The position numbers were made by a program, and so were the translations under genes. A model generated the notes under the pieces. It searched no databases, was not told where the DNA came from, and saw nothing but the letters and a program-made list of their open reading frames with translations. A DNA stretch of 64,000 nt from Candidatus Thorarchaeota archaeon (GTDB taxonomy: Archaea; Asgardarchaeota; Thorarchaeia; Thorarchaeales; Thorarchaeaceae): positions 1 to 64,000 of the forward strand of contig JBHIAE010000005.1 of the NCBI GenBank assembly GCA_046758445.1, written 5' to 3'. Below are positions 10,920-21,696 of the stretch, one piece after another. The first letter of the stretch is position 1; each line of letters opens with the position of its first letter.

Positions 10920-12794
10920 CTATTCGAGATCCTCGAAATCGACGTCCACAACATCCTCGTCATCGGGTTTCTCTGACTCCTCAGTAGGAGTAGACCCGGG
11001 TGCAGTGCCCATCTGACTTGGATCGAACCCCATTTGGCTCGGGTCGAAGTCTGCTGCTCCGGGTCCCTGTGCGCCATATACCTTCTCGGATATCTTGTAG
11101 ATGACCTGCTGGACCTGATCAGTGCCAGATTTCATCTTCTCGTAGTCTTCTGCCTCAATTGCCTTTCGGAGTTCTTCTGACTTGGCTTCAAGCTCCTTCT
11201 TGAGATCTTCTGGAACCTTCTCGCCCAAATCTTTGATGAGCTTCTCCCCCTGCCAAATCATCTGGTCGGCCATGTTCTTGGTATCAACCTCAGCTTTCCG
11301 CTTGGCATCTTCTTCAGCGTATTGCTCCGCTTCCTTGACCATTCGCTCAATGTCCCCATCCGAGAGGTTCGTACTGGCCGTGATGGTGATGCTCTGTTCA
11401 TTCCCTGTTGCCAAGTCCTTCGCTGTGACATTGGTGATTCCATTTGCGTCAATATCAAATGACACCTCGATCTGAGGAACACCTCTGGGTGCCGGAGGTA
11501 TGCCCACCAACTGAAATCTTCCCAGGGTCATGTTGTCCCTAGACATTGGTCTCTCACCCTGTGTGACATGAATATCCACAGCAGTCTGATGGTCAGCTGC
11601 AGTGGAGAATATCTTGCTCTTTCGAGTTGGTATGGTTGTGTTCCGTTCAATCAGAGGAGTTGCAACACCTCCTAGTGTTTCAATGCCGAGGGTCAACGGC
11701 GTGACGTCAAGAAGAAGTATGTCGGTTTCCCCTGAGATTACTCCAGCCTGTGCCGCAGCACCCAATGCAACGACTTCGTCAGGATTGATGCTCTTGTCAC
11801 CCTCCTTTCCAAACATTGCTCTGACGGTTTCTTGGATCACAGGCATTCGGGTTGCGCCACCAACAAGCAGTATTCTGTCAATCTGCTCTGGCTCCATCTT
11901 TGCGTCTGACAATGCCTGCCGGATTGGACCAAGAGTAGCCTGCACAAGGTCGTCGGTCATCTTCTCGAACTGTGATCTGGTAATCTCCATATCGAGATGC
12001 TTCGGTCCACTCTGGTCAGCCGTGATGTAAGGAAGATTGATTGTTGTTTGCTTGACGATCGAGAGTTCTATCTTGGCCTGCTCTGCAGCATCCCGAATTC
12101 GTTGCATTGCAGACGGGTCCTCGTTGATGTCTATCCCTGTTTCCTTCTTGAACCTCTCAGTGACCCACTTGATGATCCTGTTGTCCCAGTCGTCACCACC
12201 AAGCTGTGTGTTGCCACTGGTTGAAATCACTTTGTAGACATCCTCCCCAATGTCGAGTATCGACACATCAAAAGTTCCACCACCCAAGTCGTAGACGAGG
12301 ACTTTCAGTTCCTCACCCTTCTCAAGGTTATAGGCAAGAGCCGATGCCGTCGGTTCATTGACGATTCTCAGCACCTCAAGCCCGGCGATTTGCCCTGCGT
12401 CCTTGGTTGCCTGTCTTTGACTATCATTGAAGTAAGCAGGGACTGTGATCACTGCTCTCACTATCTCCTCGCCCAGAAATGCCTCGGCATCCTTCTTCAG
12501 CTTCGTCAGAATCATTGCAGAGATCTCTTGAGGCGTGTACTCCTTGTCGCCAATCTTCACTTTGTAGTCTTGGCCCATCTTCCTCTTTATCGACCTCACT
12601 GTTCGCTTAGGCATAGAAACTGCTTGCCGCTTGGCCAATTCTCCGACCACGATCTCGCCTTTTGGAGTGATACCAACAACAGATGGAGTCAATCGTCCTC
12701 CTTCTGCGCTCGTGATTATAGTAGGTTTGCCTCCAACCATGTAAGCGATTCCACTATTTGTTGTCCCCAGATCAATACCTACGACTTTCGCCAT
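10920..12794 (-). CDS. dnaK: Chaperone DnaK (Hsp70)
   Basis: [37 protein letters not shown]; TGATG overlap with grpE stop. Confidence 0.98.
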   Translation of the reverse strand: MAKVVGIDLGTTNSGIAYMVGGKPTIITSAEGGRLTPSVVGITPKGEIVVGELAKRQAVSMPKRTVRSIKRKMGQDYKVKIGDKEYTPQEISAMILTKLKKDAEAFLGEEIVRAVITVPAYFNDSQRQATKDAGQIAGLEVLRIVNEPTASALAYNLEKGEELKVLVYDLGGGTFDVSILDIGEDVYKVISTSGNTQLGGDDWDNRIIKWVTERFKKETGIDINEDPSAMQRIRDAAEQAKIELSIVKQTTINLPYITADQSGPKHLDMEITRSQFEKMTDDLVQATLGPIRQALSDAKMEPEQIDRILLVGGATRMPVIQETVRAMFGKEGDKSINPDEVVALGAAAQAGVISGETDILLLDVTPLTLGIETLGGVATPLIERNTTIPTRKSKIFSTAADHQTAVDIHVTQGERPMSRDNMTLGRFQLVGIPPAPRGVPQIEVSFDIDANGITNVTAKDLATGNEQSITITASTNLSDGDIERMVKEAEQYAEEDAKRKAEVDTKNMADQMIWQGEKLIKDLGEKVPEDLKKELEAKSEELRKAIEAEDYEKMKSGTDQVQQVIYKISEKVYGAQGPGAADFDPSQMGFDPSQMGTAPGSTPTEESEKPDDEDVVDVDFEDLE

Positions 12795-13402
12795 CAATCT
12801 TCACCTGTGTCTTCGTTGTCTAATCTATTCTCATCCATCTCGGCAGTTTCATGTCTGTTAACGACCACCATTGCCGGTCTTAGAACCTTCTCCCTAATCA
12901 TATAGCCCTCCTGATATACCTCTGTCACGATACCATCCGGGCTATCTTTGTCATGAATTGTACCTACAGCGTGCTGGTAGTAGGGGTCGAACGGCTGACC
13001 TAAGGCCTCGATAGGACGTACGCCCTCTTTCTTCAACAATTCCATCATCTGTCTGTAGATAGCATTGATCCCCTTCTTAGCCGCTTCTGGATCCTTCTCG
13101 AAGCCTTCCGCAAGGGATCTCTCCAGGTTATCATAGACTTCCAGCACCTTAAGGATAATCCCCTCGTTTGCGACTTTCGTTACTTCATCGAAACGATTCT
13201 GCGTTCGCTTCATATAGTTATCAAACTCTGCCTGCAGTCTTTGATACTTGTCTTGGAGTTCATCAATCTGTAGTTCTGATTCCTTCAGTTTGACTTCAAG
13301 CTCATCCAATTGAGTCACATCAGACGACCCTGATTCCTCTTCGAATTCAAAAGATGCAGGCTCGTTATCTGTTTCCTTGTTATCTTCTTTCTCTTCGGGC
13401 AT
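12794..13402 (-). CDS. grpE: Nucleotide exchange factor GrpE
   Basis: [39 protein letters not shown]; upstream of dnaK. Confidence 0.95.
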   Translation of the reverse strand: MPEEKEDNKETDNEPASFEFEEESGSSDVTQLDELEVKLKESELQIDELQDKYQRLQAEFDNYMKRTQNRFDEVTKVANEGIILKVLEVYDNLERSLAEGFEKDPEAAKKGINAIYRQMMELLKKEGVRPIEALGQPFDPYYQHAVGTIHDKDSPDGIVTEVYQEGYMIREKVLRPAMVVVNRHETAEMDENRLDNEDTGED

Positions 13403-13649
13403 CGCGTGGTCGTTCCACCTATCTGTCGCTTGAACTCTAACTCATTCAGAAATGGGGAGGCTGTAGTTACTGCCGATTGCTCTCCCCGGCGGTCGGGGGC
13501 GACTCTTCAACTTCCGAAGAAAAACTTTTCGACATGGCACGATGATATCTATCGAGGCGGGAGAGAATCCTTCATTGAAACTAGAAAGGACATTAGACAC
13601 ATTGTGCGACCGAAAACAACATTTGCACCTATTCTCCGATTAGGCTATC

Positions 13650-14396
13650 ATGGCAAGCAAAGAGGATATAGAACTGGCACGAGAACTTGTGAAGAAGTCC
13701 ACCAAAATGTCAGCACTCACAGGTGCAGGCATTAGTGTTGATTCGGGGATACCAGATTTCCGATCTGAGGGAGGTCTGTGGGAGAGATACGATCCTCACG
13801 AATATGCCACCTACGAGAGTTTCCTGAGAGACCCTTCGAGGTTTTGGACTATGGGTCAAGAGCTTGCCGAAGTTCTTTTGAAAGCGAAGCCTAACGAGGC
13901 ACATCTCCAGCTGGCCAAGCTCGAGAAAGAGGGTAGGCTTCTAGCCATCATCACTCAGAACATCGACAATCTACATCAAGCAGCAGGGAACACCCATGTA
14001 GTCGAGCTTCACGGCAACTATCTTCGCGCGTATTGCATGGACTGCAATACTGAATACATTGGAGAAGAGATACATCGCCGCGTCGTAAGAGGGGAGATTC
14101 CTCCCAGGTGTGACAAGTGTGAGGGAGTTCTGAAGTCGGAAGCGGTTCTTTTTGGAGAGCCGATGCCAGAGGGGCCAATGGCTGAGGCGGTACGATTGTG
14201 CAACGAAACTGACCTGATGCTTGTCATTGGGACTAGTCTTACTATATATCCAGCTGCTTACCTTCCTCAGCTTGCCAAGAACTCAGGAGCCAAAGTGATT
14301 CTTGTGAACCTAGAAGGGATGAACAGAAACGGTGTTGCTGACATAGTCCTAAGAGGACCAGCTTCAGATCTCGTACCCAAAATCACGAAGATCTAG
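13650..14396 (+). CDS. cobB: NAD-dependent protein deacylase, Sir2 family
   Basis: GAGIS, GIPDFR, TQNID, ELHG, CxxC/CxxC, GTSL. Confidence 0.93.
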   Translation: MASKEDIELARELVKKSTKMSALTGAGISVDSGIPDFRSEGGLWERYDPHEYATYESFLRDPSRFWTMGQELAEVLLKAKPNEAHLQLAKLEKEGRLLAIITQNIDNLHQAAGNTHVVELHGNYLRAYCMDCNTEYIGEEIHRRVVRGEIPPRCDKCEGVLKSEAVLFGEPMPEGPMAEAVRLCNETDLMLVIGTSLTIYPAAYLPQLAKNSGAKVILVNLEGMNRNGVADIVLRGPASDLVPKITKI

Positions 14397-14728
14397 ACCT
14401 GTATTGGTGGAAAGGCGAACCAAGAATAAGCACCCAAAAAGCCAGGAATAACAATGACAGCCAGAAGGATTGTTATCAGCCCTAGATAGTGCAGTTCATT
14501 GTCCATAAGCCAGAGTCCAAGGTATGAGTAACCATACGAAACTACGCACGCTGTGAATCCCAAAACCGCGGTTGAGGGGAGCGGGATGCCAATGGCCAAG
14601 AAACCGCCCACAGTTGTCCAGAGAATCCCAATGTCCAATATCACAAAGAATCCTCTAACAGCAAGGTAGACTATGATGGATACAAGGAGGCCAATCTGGG
14701 AGAATGTCAACCGTGCTGATAGGCTCAT
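14393..14728 (-). CDS. Small hypothetical membrane protein
   Basis: 111 aa, 3-4 hydrophobic segments, fills gap between confident genes. Confidence 0.6.
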   Translation of the reverse strand: MSLSARLTFSQIGLLVSIIVYLAVRGFFVILDIGILWTTVGGFLAIGIPLPSTAVLGFTACVVSYGYSYLGLWLMDNELHYLGLITILLAVIVIPGFLGAYSWFAFPPIQV

Positions 14729-14803
14729 CTTCTGTCAATGAAGGCACACTCAGCCCGCTAATTAGGCTTTTCTAGGATACAAGAAGGCCTTTATCAGGAA
14801 ACG

Positions 14804-15796
14804 TTGGTCAGCAGGAACGCCTTGAAGGAACAATATGTATGGTCATTGGCAAGCCTAGGACAGCTTTCTATTCTCCTTGAAGTCAGTTCCCCCAAACCTG
14901 GGAACGTTAGTCGTCTTCGACGGTTTTCAGATACTGGCTACAGGCACTTCCTTGCAAGTGCCTCTCTTGCAGGCAGAGGACTCCACATGGCGGCACAGAG
15001 AGGGGCCGAACTGGCAAGCAACAAGCTGAAGCCGGAGCAAATAGGGCTTGGGGAGATAATCGTTGAGTGTTCTCGAGACGTGTTCTCTGGATTAAATCAG
15101 AGGAATACCATTTTTGGCACACTTCTTCTTCATGTACCCTTGGTAGTGGCAGCGGGCGCTGTGGTCAGTCGGCACGATTCCTTCTCTCAGAAGGCAATGA
15201 TGGAGCATGTGAAACTGATTCTCGACAATTCTACCGTTGAAGACACCATCAATCTCTATAGAGCCTTCCACATTGTTAGACCGGGAGGGCACCTGAACAA
15301 AGAAGATGCGACATGGACTGAGGTTCATGATAGATACGACATTGACAATCCGGATGTTTACGAGAACATCAGAAAGGATGGAATTACCATCCAAGAGCTC
15401 TTTCGAATGTCAGCCGAAGTCGATCCAATCTGCGGCGAGTGGTCTCAATACTACAACAGCATAATCAATGAAGTCTACCCGTATCTGAATCGCATTACGG
15501 GAGGGCTAGAGGATCTTGAGGAGGGCATAGTCAAGACCTTCATCTGGCAGCTATCACGACAACCTGATGGTCTTATTGCAAAAAAGGTCGGACGCAAACG
15601 AGCTGAAGATGTCCGCGCATTGGCTGAAAGAATAGTGCTCGAGGGAATGAATGGGAGAGCAACTGAGGACCTCATGGAACACCTAGACGAGGAACTGAGA
15701 AGAGAAGGAAACCTCCTCAATCCAGGCACAACTGCAGACTTCGTTTCTGCCGCTATATTCTGCAAGCTGGTTTCGATGCAATTTGGAGAAGAATAG
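14804..15796 (+). CDS. citG: CitG-family (triphosphoribosyl-dephospho-CoA synthase-like) protein
   Basis: LEVSSPKPGNV, NTIFG, DGLIAKK, NPGTTAD motifs. Confidence 0.85.
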   Translation: MVSRNALKEQYVWSLASLGQLSILLEVSSPKPGNVSRLRRFSDTGYRHFLASASLAGRGLHMAAQRGAELASNKLKPEQIGLGEIIVECSRDVFSGLNQRNTIFGTLLLHVPLVVAAGAVVSRHDSFSQKAMMEHVKLILDNSTVEDTINLYRAFHIVRPGGHLNKEDATWTEVHDRYDIDNPDVYENIRKDGITIQELFRMSAEVDPICGEWSQYYNSIINEVYPYLNRITGGLEDLEEGIVKTFIWQLSRQPDGLIAKKVGRKRAEDVRALAERIVLEGMNGRATEDLMEHLDEELRREGNLLNPGTTADFVSAAIFCKLVSMQFGEE

Positions 15797-15798
15797 AG

Positions 15799-15996
15799 CT
15801 ATGGAGGAAAAGGCCCGAGAATCCCACTGAATAAGATTGCCGCCAAGATGAAGAGCAGGATGGCTGATGGCAACAGCATCGCCTTGGCTTCGAGGCGCTT
15901 TATCTCACGTACTTCTCTGCTCGGACCTAGTTGGTATGAAATGAACAGAATGAGTCCCAATATCACTAGAAATGCAGCAATGCCTTCATGAGCCAT
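15799..15996 (-). CDS. Small two-helix membrane protein
   Basis: Two TM helices separated by a charged loop; ATG 15996 with GAGG upstream. Confidence 0.55.
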   Translation of the reverse strand: MAHEGIAAFLVILGLILFISYQLGPSREVREIKRLEAKAMLLPSAILLFILAAILFSGILGPFPP

Positions 15997-16113
15997 GTTG
16001 AAACCTCTGGAGAACACAAGTCTGCTCGGCAGTATTAATCATAATCGGAGTGGCTGATGCAGCGGAGAACTGTAAGGCAAGGTTGATTTGTGAGTGAGAA
16101 CCACCAAGTTCAC

Positions 16114-16386
16114 TCATGTTCTGCTCAGAACTTGAAGGATGAGATGTTCAAACTTTCGTCTAAACTCCTTGGCTCGCTCGATGTCGGCAAGATATAGGGG
16201 TTGTCTCATGTCTTTGAGGTTTGGTACCTTCTTGCAAAGATTGAGGCGAAGCAATTTCCTAAGAGCGAAAGAAACAGTCCTTGGCGCCAACTCTACTCTC
16301 CTGCTGAGATCTTTTGGAGTCATTGGCCCTTCGTGTGTCAAGCGGTCTAGGATGACTATTGCACTCCTAGGTAGCTCTACGGACAT
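16114..16386 (-). CDS. Winged-HTH transcriptional regulator (paralogue A)
   Basis: GPMTPKDL...LAPRTVSFALRKL...PNLKDMRQPLY. Confidence 0.85.
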   Translation of the reverse strand: MSVELPRSAIVILDRLTHEGPMTPKDLSRRVELAPRTVSFALRKLLRLNLCKKVPNLKDMRQPLYLADIERAKEFRRKFEHLILQVLSRT

Positions 16387-16561
16387 GTTTCATGCTGTTT
16401 CCCTGATGGCGATGCCTTCCGGGCGGCCCGTCGCCCAAACCGAATATAAGAAGCTAGGTCAGCGCATGCTGCTCCCAGCTGAGAGTAGATACTCTGTATT
16501 GAGATGGGCAAAGATGGACTACCGTGCGAGTATACATACCCTAATCGAAAGGGATCACAAA

Positions 16562-16870
16562 TCAGTGAATGAAAGACCGAGAGGAGTCAACGCTGGACAA
16601 CGACGGCTTCAGACGGTAGTAGGAATCTATGCTGAACATAAGTTTTAGTTCTCTAATCTTGTTCATATCGATTTGATAGTAGGGTCGCCGCATGTCACTC
16701 AGATTCGGAATCTTGTGACATAACTCCTCCTTCATGAGCTTACGAAGTGCAAAACTTATGGTTCTGGGAGCAAGGTCGACTCTATCGCTGATGTCCTTTG
16801 GCGTCATCGGTCCATCAATGGTCAAGCGTGCGAGTACGATTTTTGCACTCTTAGGGAGTCGGATAGACAT
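16562..16870 (-). CDS. Winged-HTH transcriptional regulator (paralogue B)
   Basis: GPMTPKDI...LAPRTISFALRKL...PNLSDMRRPYY; start set by alignment to paralogue A. Confidence 0.85.
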   Translation of the reverse strand: MSIRLPKSAKIVLARLTIDGPMTPKDISDRVDLAPRTISFALRKLMKEELCHKIPNLSDMRRPYYQIDMNKIRELKLMFSIDSYYRLKPSLSSVDSSRSFIH

Positions 16871-17044
16871 ATGATGCCATCCCCACGACAATCATCATAC
16901 AATTGACCCGCCGTCAAATATAAGGAATGAGGTTTCAGCAGGCTGCAACAATCCAGATGTGCGGTCGATAACGCAGTATTCAAGTGCGATATGCTCTGAC
17001 TAATTAACCCATCAGAATGCGGGCAGCCTTTGGAGTGTAGATTC

Positions 17045-18037
17045 GTGACAGAACAGGTGTTCATCACAAGAATGATTCCTGATGTTGGGCTGAAGGCGAT
17101 AAGTGCCGCCTTTGAAACGAGCATCTGGACGAAAGAAGAACCACCCTCCAAGGCAGATATCATCAGGAAAGCAAAGAGAGCATCAGGAATTGTCACACTT
17201 CTAACAGATTCAATCGACGGTGAGGTTATAGAATCTCTGCCCGAGCTAAGAGTCATTTCTCAGTATGCAGTTGGTTTTGACAACATCGATATCTCCACTG
17301 CTACGCAAAAGGGAATCATGGTCACCAACACACCTGGCGTGCTCACCGAAACGACAGCCGACTTCACGTGGGCGCTCATACTGTCAGTGTCCAGGCGAAT
17401 CATGGAGGCTGACAAGTACGTTCGCGAGGGGATGTGGAGAGTCGCATGGGGTCCTAGGTTACTTCTGGGAAGAGACATATTCGGCGCGACCCTGGGGATT
17501 ATAGGACTTGGTAGGATTGGACAGGCCGTGGCACGGAGAGCCACGGGGTTCTCAATGAGAATACTCTACCACTCGCGCACTAGAAGCGACGAAGCATTGG
17601 CCATAGAGAAGGCTACTGGGGCTGTTAGGAAGGATATTGGAGAACTGCTTCGCGAATCGGACATCATCACTGTTCATGTTCCGCTCACAGCAGAAACGCA
17701 CAACATGATCGGTCCTGATGAGCTTGCTATGATGAAGCCCGGCGCCGTTCTCATAAACACTTCAAGAGGGCCGGTCGTCGACGAAGACGCATTGTATGAT
17801 TCGTTGAAATCAGGGCATCTTGGAGGTGCTGGACTTGACGTGTTCACTCAAGAGCCCGTTTCTTTGAAGAATCCACTTCTTAAGATGCCCAATGTAGTCT
17901 TGGCTCCTCATATCGGAAGTGCCAGTATTGATACCCGGAATAGAATGGCACAAATCTGTTCGGAAAACCTGATAACGGCTCTTCAAGGAAATGTGCCCCG
18001 GTACATAGTTAACCCGGAGGTTCTACGAAATGAGTAA
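17045..18037 (+). CDS. gyaR: D-2-hydroxyacid dehydrogenase, glyoxylate reductase-like
   Basis: AVGFDNID, NTPGVLTETTAD, GLGRIG, NTSRGPVVD, LDVFTQEP, PHIGSA. Confidence 0.88.
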   Translation: MTEQVFITRMIPDVGLKAISAAFETSIWTKEEPPSKADIIRKAKRASGIVTLLTDSIDGEVIESLPELRVISQYAVGFDNIDISTATQKGIMVTNTPGVLTETTADFTWALILSVSRRIMEADKYVREGMWRVAWGPRLLLGRDIFGATLGIIGLGRIGQAVARRATGFSMRILYHSRTRSDEALAIEKATGAVRKDIGELLRESDIITVHVPLTAETHNMIGPDELAMMKPGAVLINTSRGPVVDEDALYDSLKSGHLGGAGLDVFTQEPVSLKNPLLKMPNVVLAPHIGSASIDTRNRMAQICSENLITALQGNVPRYIVNPEVLRNE

Positions 18038-18560
18038 GGATTGCATTCAGAGCATCATGAGCAGAAGGTCGATTCGAAGGTACACTGATGGCACTATATC
18101 TGAGAACGACATTGAGATGATATTGAGAGCAGGTTTCAGCGCGCCTTCTGCAGGTAACATGCAACCTTGGCGAGTCGTCGTCGTCAGGAAGGAATCATCG
18201 CGAAATCGTCTTGCTGAGGCGGCACTTAGGCAAACGTTCGTGGCCAGAGCACCTGTGGTGCTTGTTGTGTGTGCCGTGCCAAGAGAGTCCGCACTGAGAT
18301 ACGGGGAAAGAGGAATGTCTCTCTATGTCCTACAAGACACAGCAGCTCTTGTTGAGAACCTACTTCTAGCAGCGCATTTCTTGGGATATGGCGCCTGTTG
18401 GGTTGGAGCCTTCAACGAGGACCTCGCAAGGGGAGCTGTTGGCGTTCCTGATGATATGAGACCAGTTGCAATTATCCCGATTGGTATAAGTGCAGAACCG
18501 ACCTCTAGAACACGTCCTCGTCGTCCTTTGTCCGAGGTAGTTGTTTCAGAAAGCTTCTGA
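18030..18560 (+). CDS. Nitroreductase family protein
   Basis: RRSIRRY, APSAGNMQPW, GYGACWVG. Confidence 0.9.
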   Translation: MSKDCIQSIMSRRSIRRYTDGTISENDIEMILRAGFSAPSAGNMQPWRVVVVRKESSRNRLAEAALRQTFVARAPVVLVVCAVPRESALRYGERGMSLYVLQDTAALVENLLLAAHFLGYGACWVGAFNEDLARGAVGVPDDMRPVAIIPIGISAEPTSRTRPRRPLSEVVVSESF

Positions 18561-18688
18561 GTCTGTCAAGGGAACTGTGCTCACCACAACTTTGGTTGGT
18601 CCTTACTTTTCCTCAATTGCGAGTGAGTCCCGTGAAATGGCCACACCAATTGTGATTCCACCAAAATCATCGGAATACTCTCTGTGTT

Positions 18689-19741
18689 CTAGCCCTCTCT
18701 GGTCATTCTCTTGACGCTGTCAACAACCTCATGGGCCATCATCACAGCACCTATGAGCTCTATCTTGGGTTCCGTATCTGGTGCTCCAGGAGTGGCTGCT
18801 GAAACACGACCCATAGCGCGCCCCATGCTCTTGATTAGCGTAGTTAATGCGATCTGAGCAGATACATCCAATTTGCTACTCTCGACTTGGGAGATCAATT
18901 CGGCGAGATCTGAAATGACGCTGTCTGAAACCTCGGTTGCCGTTTCTGCTCTTCTTACGTAATCGCGAAACTTGGCCTCAGTTTCTGGCGCCGCTGTCGA
19001 TTCGGCAGCCAGTTTGAGATGAGCTACCTCAGACTGAAGATTGCTGATTGTCTGATCCTTGGTGGTGATGGTTCTGAGGAGTTCCTCCTCCCTTTCAGGA
19101 CTTGCTGCTGCTTCAGCCATCTTAGTCTGCATCTGGGCCATTGTCTTCTCTCTCTCAGAGATCTCAACCTTGATTGCATCGAGCTGAGCCTGTACAGCCG
19201 TGAGGGAGCTCTCTCTTTCTGTCAGAAACTCCTGTAGCTGTTTGTTCTCGCCTTCAAGCTTCTGGATATCAGCCTTCATGCTCTTCGCAGTGTCCTTAGC
19301 CTCCTTGAGGTCACTGCGGAGAGACACAAAATCAGGGTCCGGAGGAGATATGGTTCGCAGAGCCACTGTTCCAATGACGATAACCACTGCAACAACATAG
19401 AGTAGGCCAATGAACATCGACCCATACACAAAGTCAGTCAGGGCCTGGACTATTCCTACGAAATCCCTGTAGGAACCGAATTCAACGCCATCGATCCACC
19501 ACATGGAGCCAAAGCCAGCATAAAGTATCATGATGGACGCCACAGCCAAGCTTATGATGCCGCCTAAGACGAGTAGGTTACGTTTCAGGATGTCACGGGG
19601 CAGATGACGCTGGTACAACAACGCAATTATTCCAATGAACAAGAGAGGCAAGGCATAAGGGATCACCGCCACAAGATCTTGCATCGGATATTGGAAATCA
19701 ATGGCTGCACTGAAACCTGTTGACAAGTTGGGGTCGACCAT
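18689..19741 (-). CDS. Membrane-anchored coiled-coil protein
   Basis: N-terminal ~130 aa with 3-4 TM segments, then long heptad-rich region and helical C-terminal domain. Confidence 0.8.
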   Translation of the reverse strand: MVDPNLSTGFSAAIDFQYPMQDLVAVIPYALPLLFIGIIALLYQRHLPRDILKRNLLVLGGIISLAVASIMILYAGFGSMWWIDGVEFGSYRDFVGIVQALTDFVYGSMFIGLLYVVAVVIVIGTVALRTISPPDPDFVSLRSDLKEAKDTAKSMKADIQKLEGENKQLQEFLTERESSLTAVQAQLDAIKVEISEREKTMAQMQTKMAEAAASPEREEELLRTITTKDQTISNLQSEVAHLKLAAESTAAPETEAKFRDYVRRAETATEVSDSVISDLAELISQVESSKLDVSAQIALTTLIKSMGRAMGRVSAATPGAPDTEPKIELIGAVMMAHEVVDSVKRMTREG

Positions 19742-19745
19742 CAGG

Positions 19746-19770
19746 ATTCCTCCTATTACGCTGGAGGAAT
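19746..19770 (-). promoter_or_regulatory. Hairpin covering the SD sequence of the 18689-19741 gene
   Basis: Perfect 8-bp inverted repeat ATTCCTCC (19746-53) / GGAGGAAT (19763-70), 9-nt loop, 4 nt from the ATG. Confidence 0.5.
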
Positions 19771-20247
19771 ACAGGAGATTAGTCGAATAAGTATATTCTG
19801 GGTACTATTGGATACTGGAGAATAGCTGCGTTTTTTCATATATCCAGAAAAGGCCCATTCGTATTACGGGCTTGCCATTTTCGTACCGGAGCAGCACAAA
19901 ACATCCGGATGCATTGCTGTCCATCTCCGATATGCACAATAGTGGCAACTAATCACTGATGAAAGCACAACTACAGGATTAAGGATCGGCGCTACTAGAT
20001 TTACTAAAGCCAATGTTCGCCTAACGCCTATTGAAGAAGCTACGTCCATTCAAACTGAAAAGGCCGATACATTGTACTGGCCACTCAAAACACTGAGGAT
20101 ATAGCACATTTGTGTCTTCGATAACATGTAGACCGTCTAATAACACCGAGAGAATCAGTTTACTATGAAAACAAATATCATGAGAACAGATTAGATTAGC
20201 TCAAAGCTTGTTCGTCGAGCTGAACAATTGGATGTATGTGAACCAAA

Positions 20248-21528
20248 GTGGAGTTATGGCTGCTGATTCTGATAATCTTCTTCATTACCGTGCTATTGAT
20301 TGCGACACGGGCAGTTCATCATACATCAGCCGCATTAGTTGGGGCGGTATTAGCATCGATTGCCCTTATCACGAATGGGGTCCCCGATCAAGAAATCTTG
20401 GCCATGGTGCGTTTAGAGCCGATTCTTGTGATTGCCGGGATGACAGTAGTGGCTGAGGTGATGCGGGGTGCAGGCGTCTTTCAGTTTCTTGTGGTATATC
20501 TCATCCGGTTGACACGGGGGAATCCCAAGAAGCTATTCCTAATATTCTGCTTGCTAACCGCGGCTCTATCGACGGTGGTGTTGAATACCGTTGTGATATT
20601 GATAATGGGATACTTAGTGATTTTGACATGCCAGGCACTCGAGATTAGACTTCATGGGTTCCTACTTGGGAAAATGTTGGCGGTTGGCGCCGGTGGTGCG
20701 TTCACATTGATTGGCACCACATCGAATGTAATCATTGCTGATTACGCAGGATTCGGATTCTATTATTACATCACACGATTTGGCATATTAGCGTTAATAG
20801 TTATCACGGTGTCACTAGTCGCCGTTTTTCTAATGATTCGTCGTCAATTAACCGTAGAAGATTCAAAGACATCTGACCGTATGATGGACTTAGATCCTTG
20901 GACGATGGTACCAAATCGACGGTTGTTCTGGGTATACGCAGGATTCTTTTCCCTACTCATCGTAGCCTTTGTCCTCTTTCCTCAGCCATATGTTGTCGCC
21001 ATTGGGGGAATGATGGTCTTCATGACGGTCAGTCATGCTGATCCAGGGGCAAGTCTTCGCGACATAGAGTGGGACATCATCTTCTTCATTGGAGGGCTCT
21101 TCGTTCTGGCAGGCGCACTGGAACTTGTCGGAATTCTCAGTGTGATTTCAGACGTCATTCTTTCGGCAAGCGGCGGGCAATTGATACCTGCATCATTGAT
21201 GTTGCTTTTGGGAGCGTGGTTTGGAGCTTTCGTTATTGGTGGTTCACCCATAGCTGCGGTCTTTGCACCCCTTGCCGTCGATATGGCTACGGTCATGGGT
21301 TGGCCTATCGGCGTACGGGATCCACTATTTTGGGGCGTAGGATTTGGGGCCGCTCTGGGCGGTGTAGCAACACCGTTTGGTGCAGTACCATTGCTAGTTC
21401 TATCAATGGTTAGCTTCGAGAATTCAGAAATGTCATGGCACAGGTTTCTCATCATTGCAATACTGGTGAACATCATACAGATTGGATTTTGCTCAATCTA
21501 TATCATCCTCTTCGCACTACCTATATGA
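20248..21528 (+). CDS. ArsB/NhaD (IT superfamily) permease
   Basis: About 11-12 TM; GGAFTLIGTTSNVII and GAALGGVATPFG repeats, EWDIIFFIGGLFVL. Confidence 0.85.
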   Translation: MELWLLILIIFFITVLLIATRAVHHTSAALVGAVLASIALITNGVPDQEILAMVRLEPILVIAGMTVVAEVMRGAGVFQFLVVYLIRLTRGNPKKLFLIFCLLTAALSTVVLNTVVILIMGYLVILTCQALEIRLHGFLLGKMLAVGAGGAFTLIGTTSNVIIADYAGFGFYYYITRFGILALIVITVSLVAVFLMIRRQLTVEDSKTSDRMMDLDPWTMVPNRRLFWVYAGFFSLLIVAFVLFPQPYVVAIGGMMVFMTVSHADPGASLRDIEWDIIFFIGGLFVLAGALELVGILSVISDVILSASGGQLIPASLMLLLGAWFGAFVIGGSPIAAVFAPLAVDMATVMGWPIGVRDPLFWGVGFGAALGGVATPFGAVPLLVLSMVSFENSEMSWHRFLIIAILVNIIQIGFCSIYIILFALPI

Positions 21529-21696
21529 GCAAGTAGATGTCTCTCCGACACTCGTACAGAACTGCAGGTAAACCAATACTATGGCTACTCTAGAGCGTGA
21601 GTTGTCTTCGAGAAGTTTATTCTGGCGATAATGCCCTATGAGGAAACTACGACGTTCTGCCCCGGGGAGTTCACCGGGACAGAACACCCTTCTACT

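Noticed and set aside
13441-13510. tRNA-like GC-rich stretch upstream of grpE
   Set aside because: No TTCGA T-loop, D-arm or acceptor geometry; kept only as a possible leader structure
19864-20049. 61-aa ORF in the long intergenic gap
   Set aside because: No SD, no motif, atypical composition; cannot be supported as a gene
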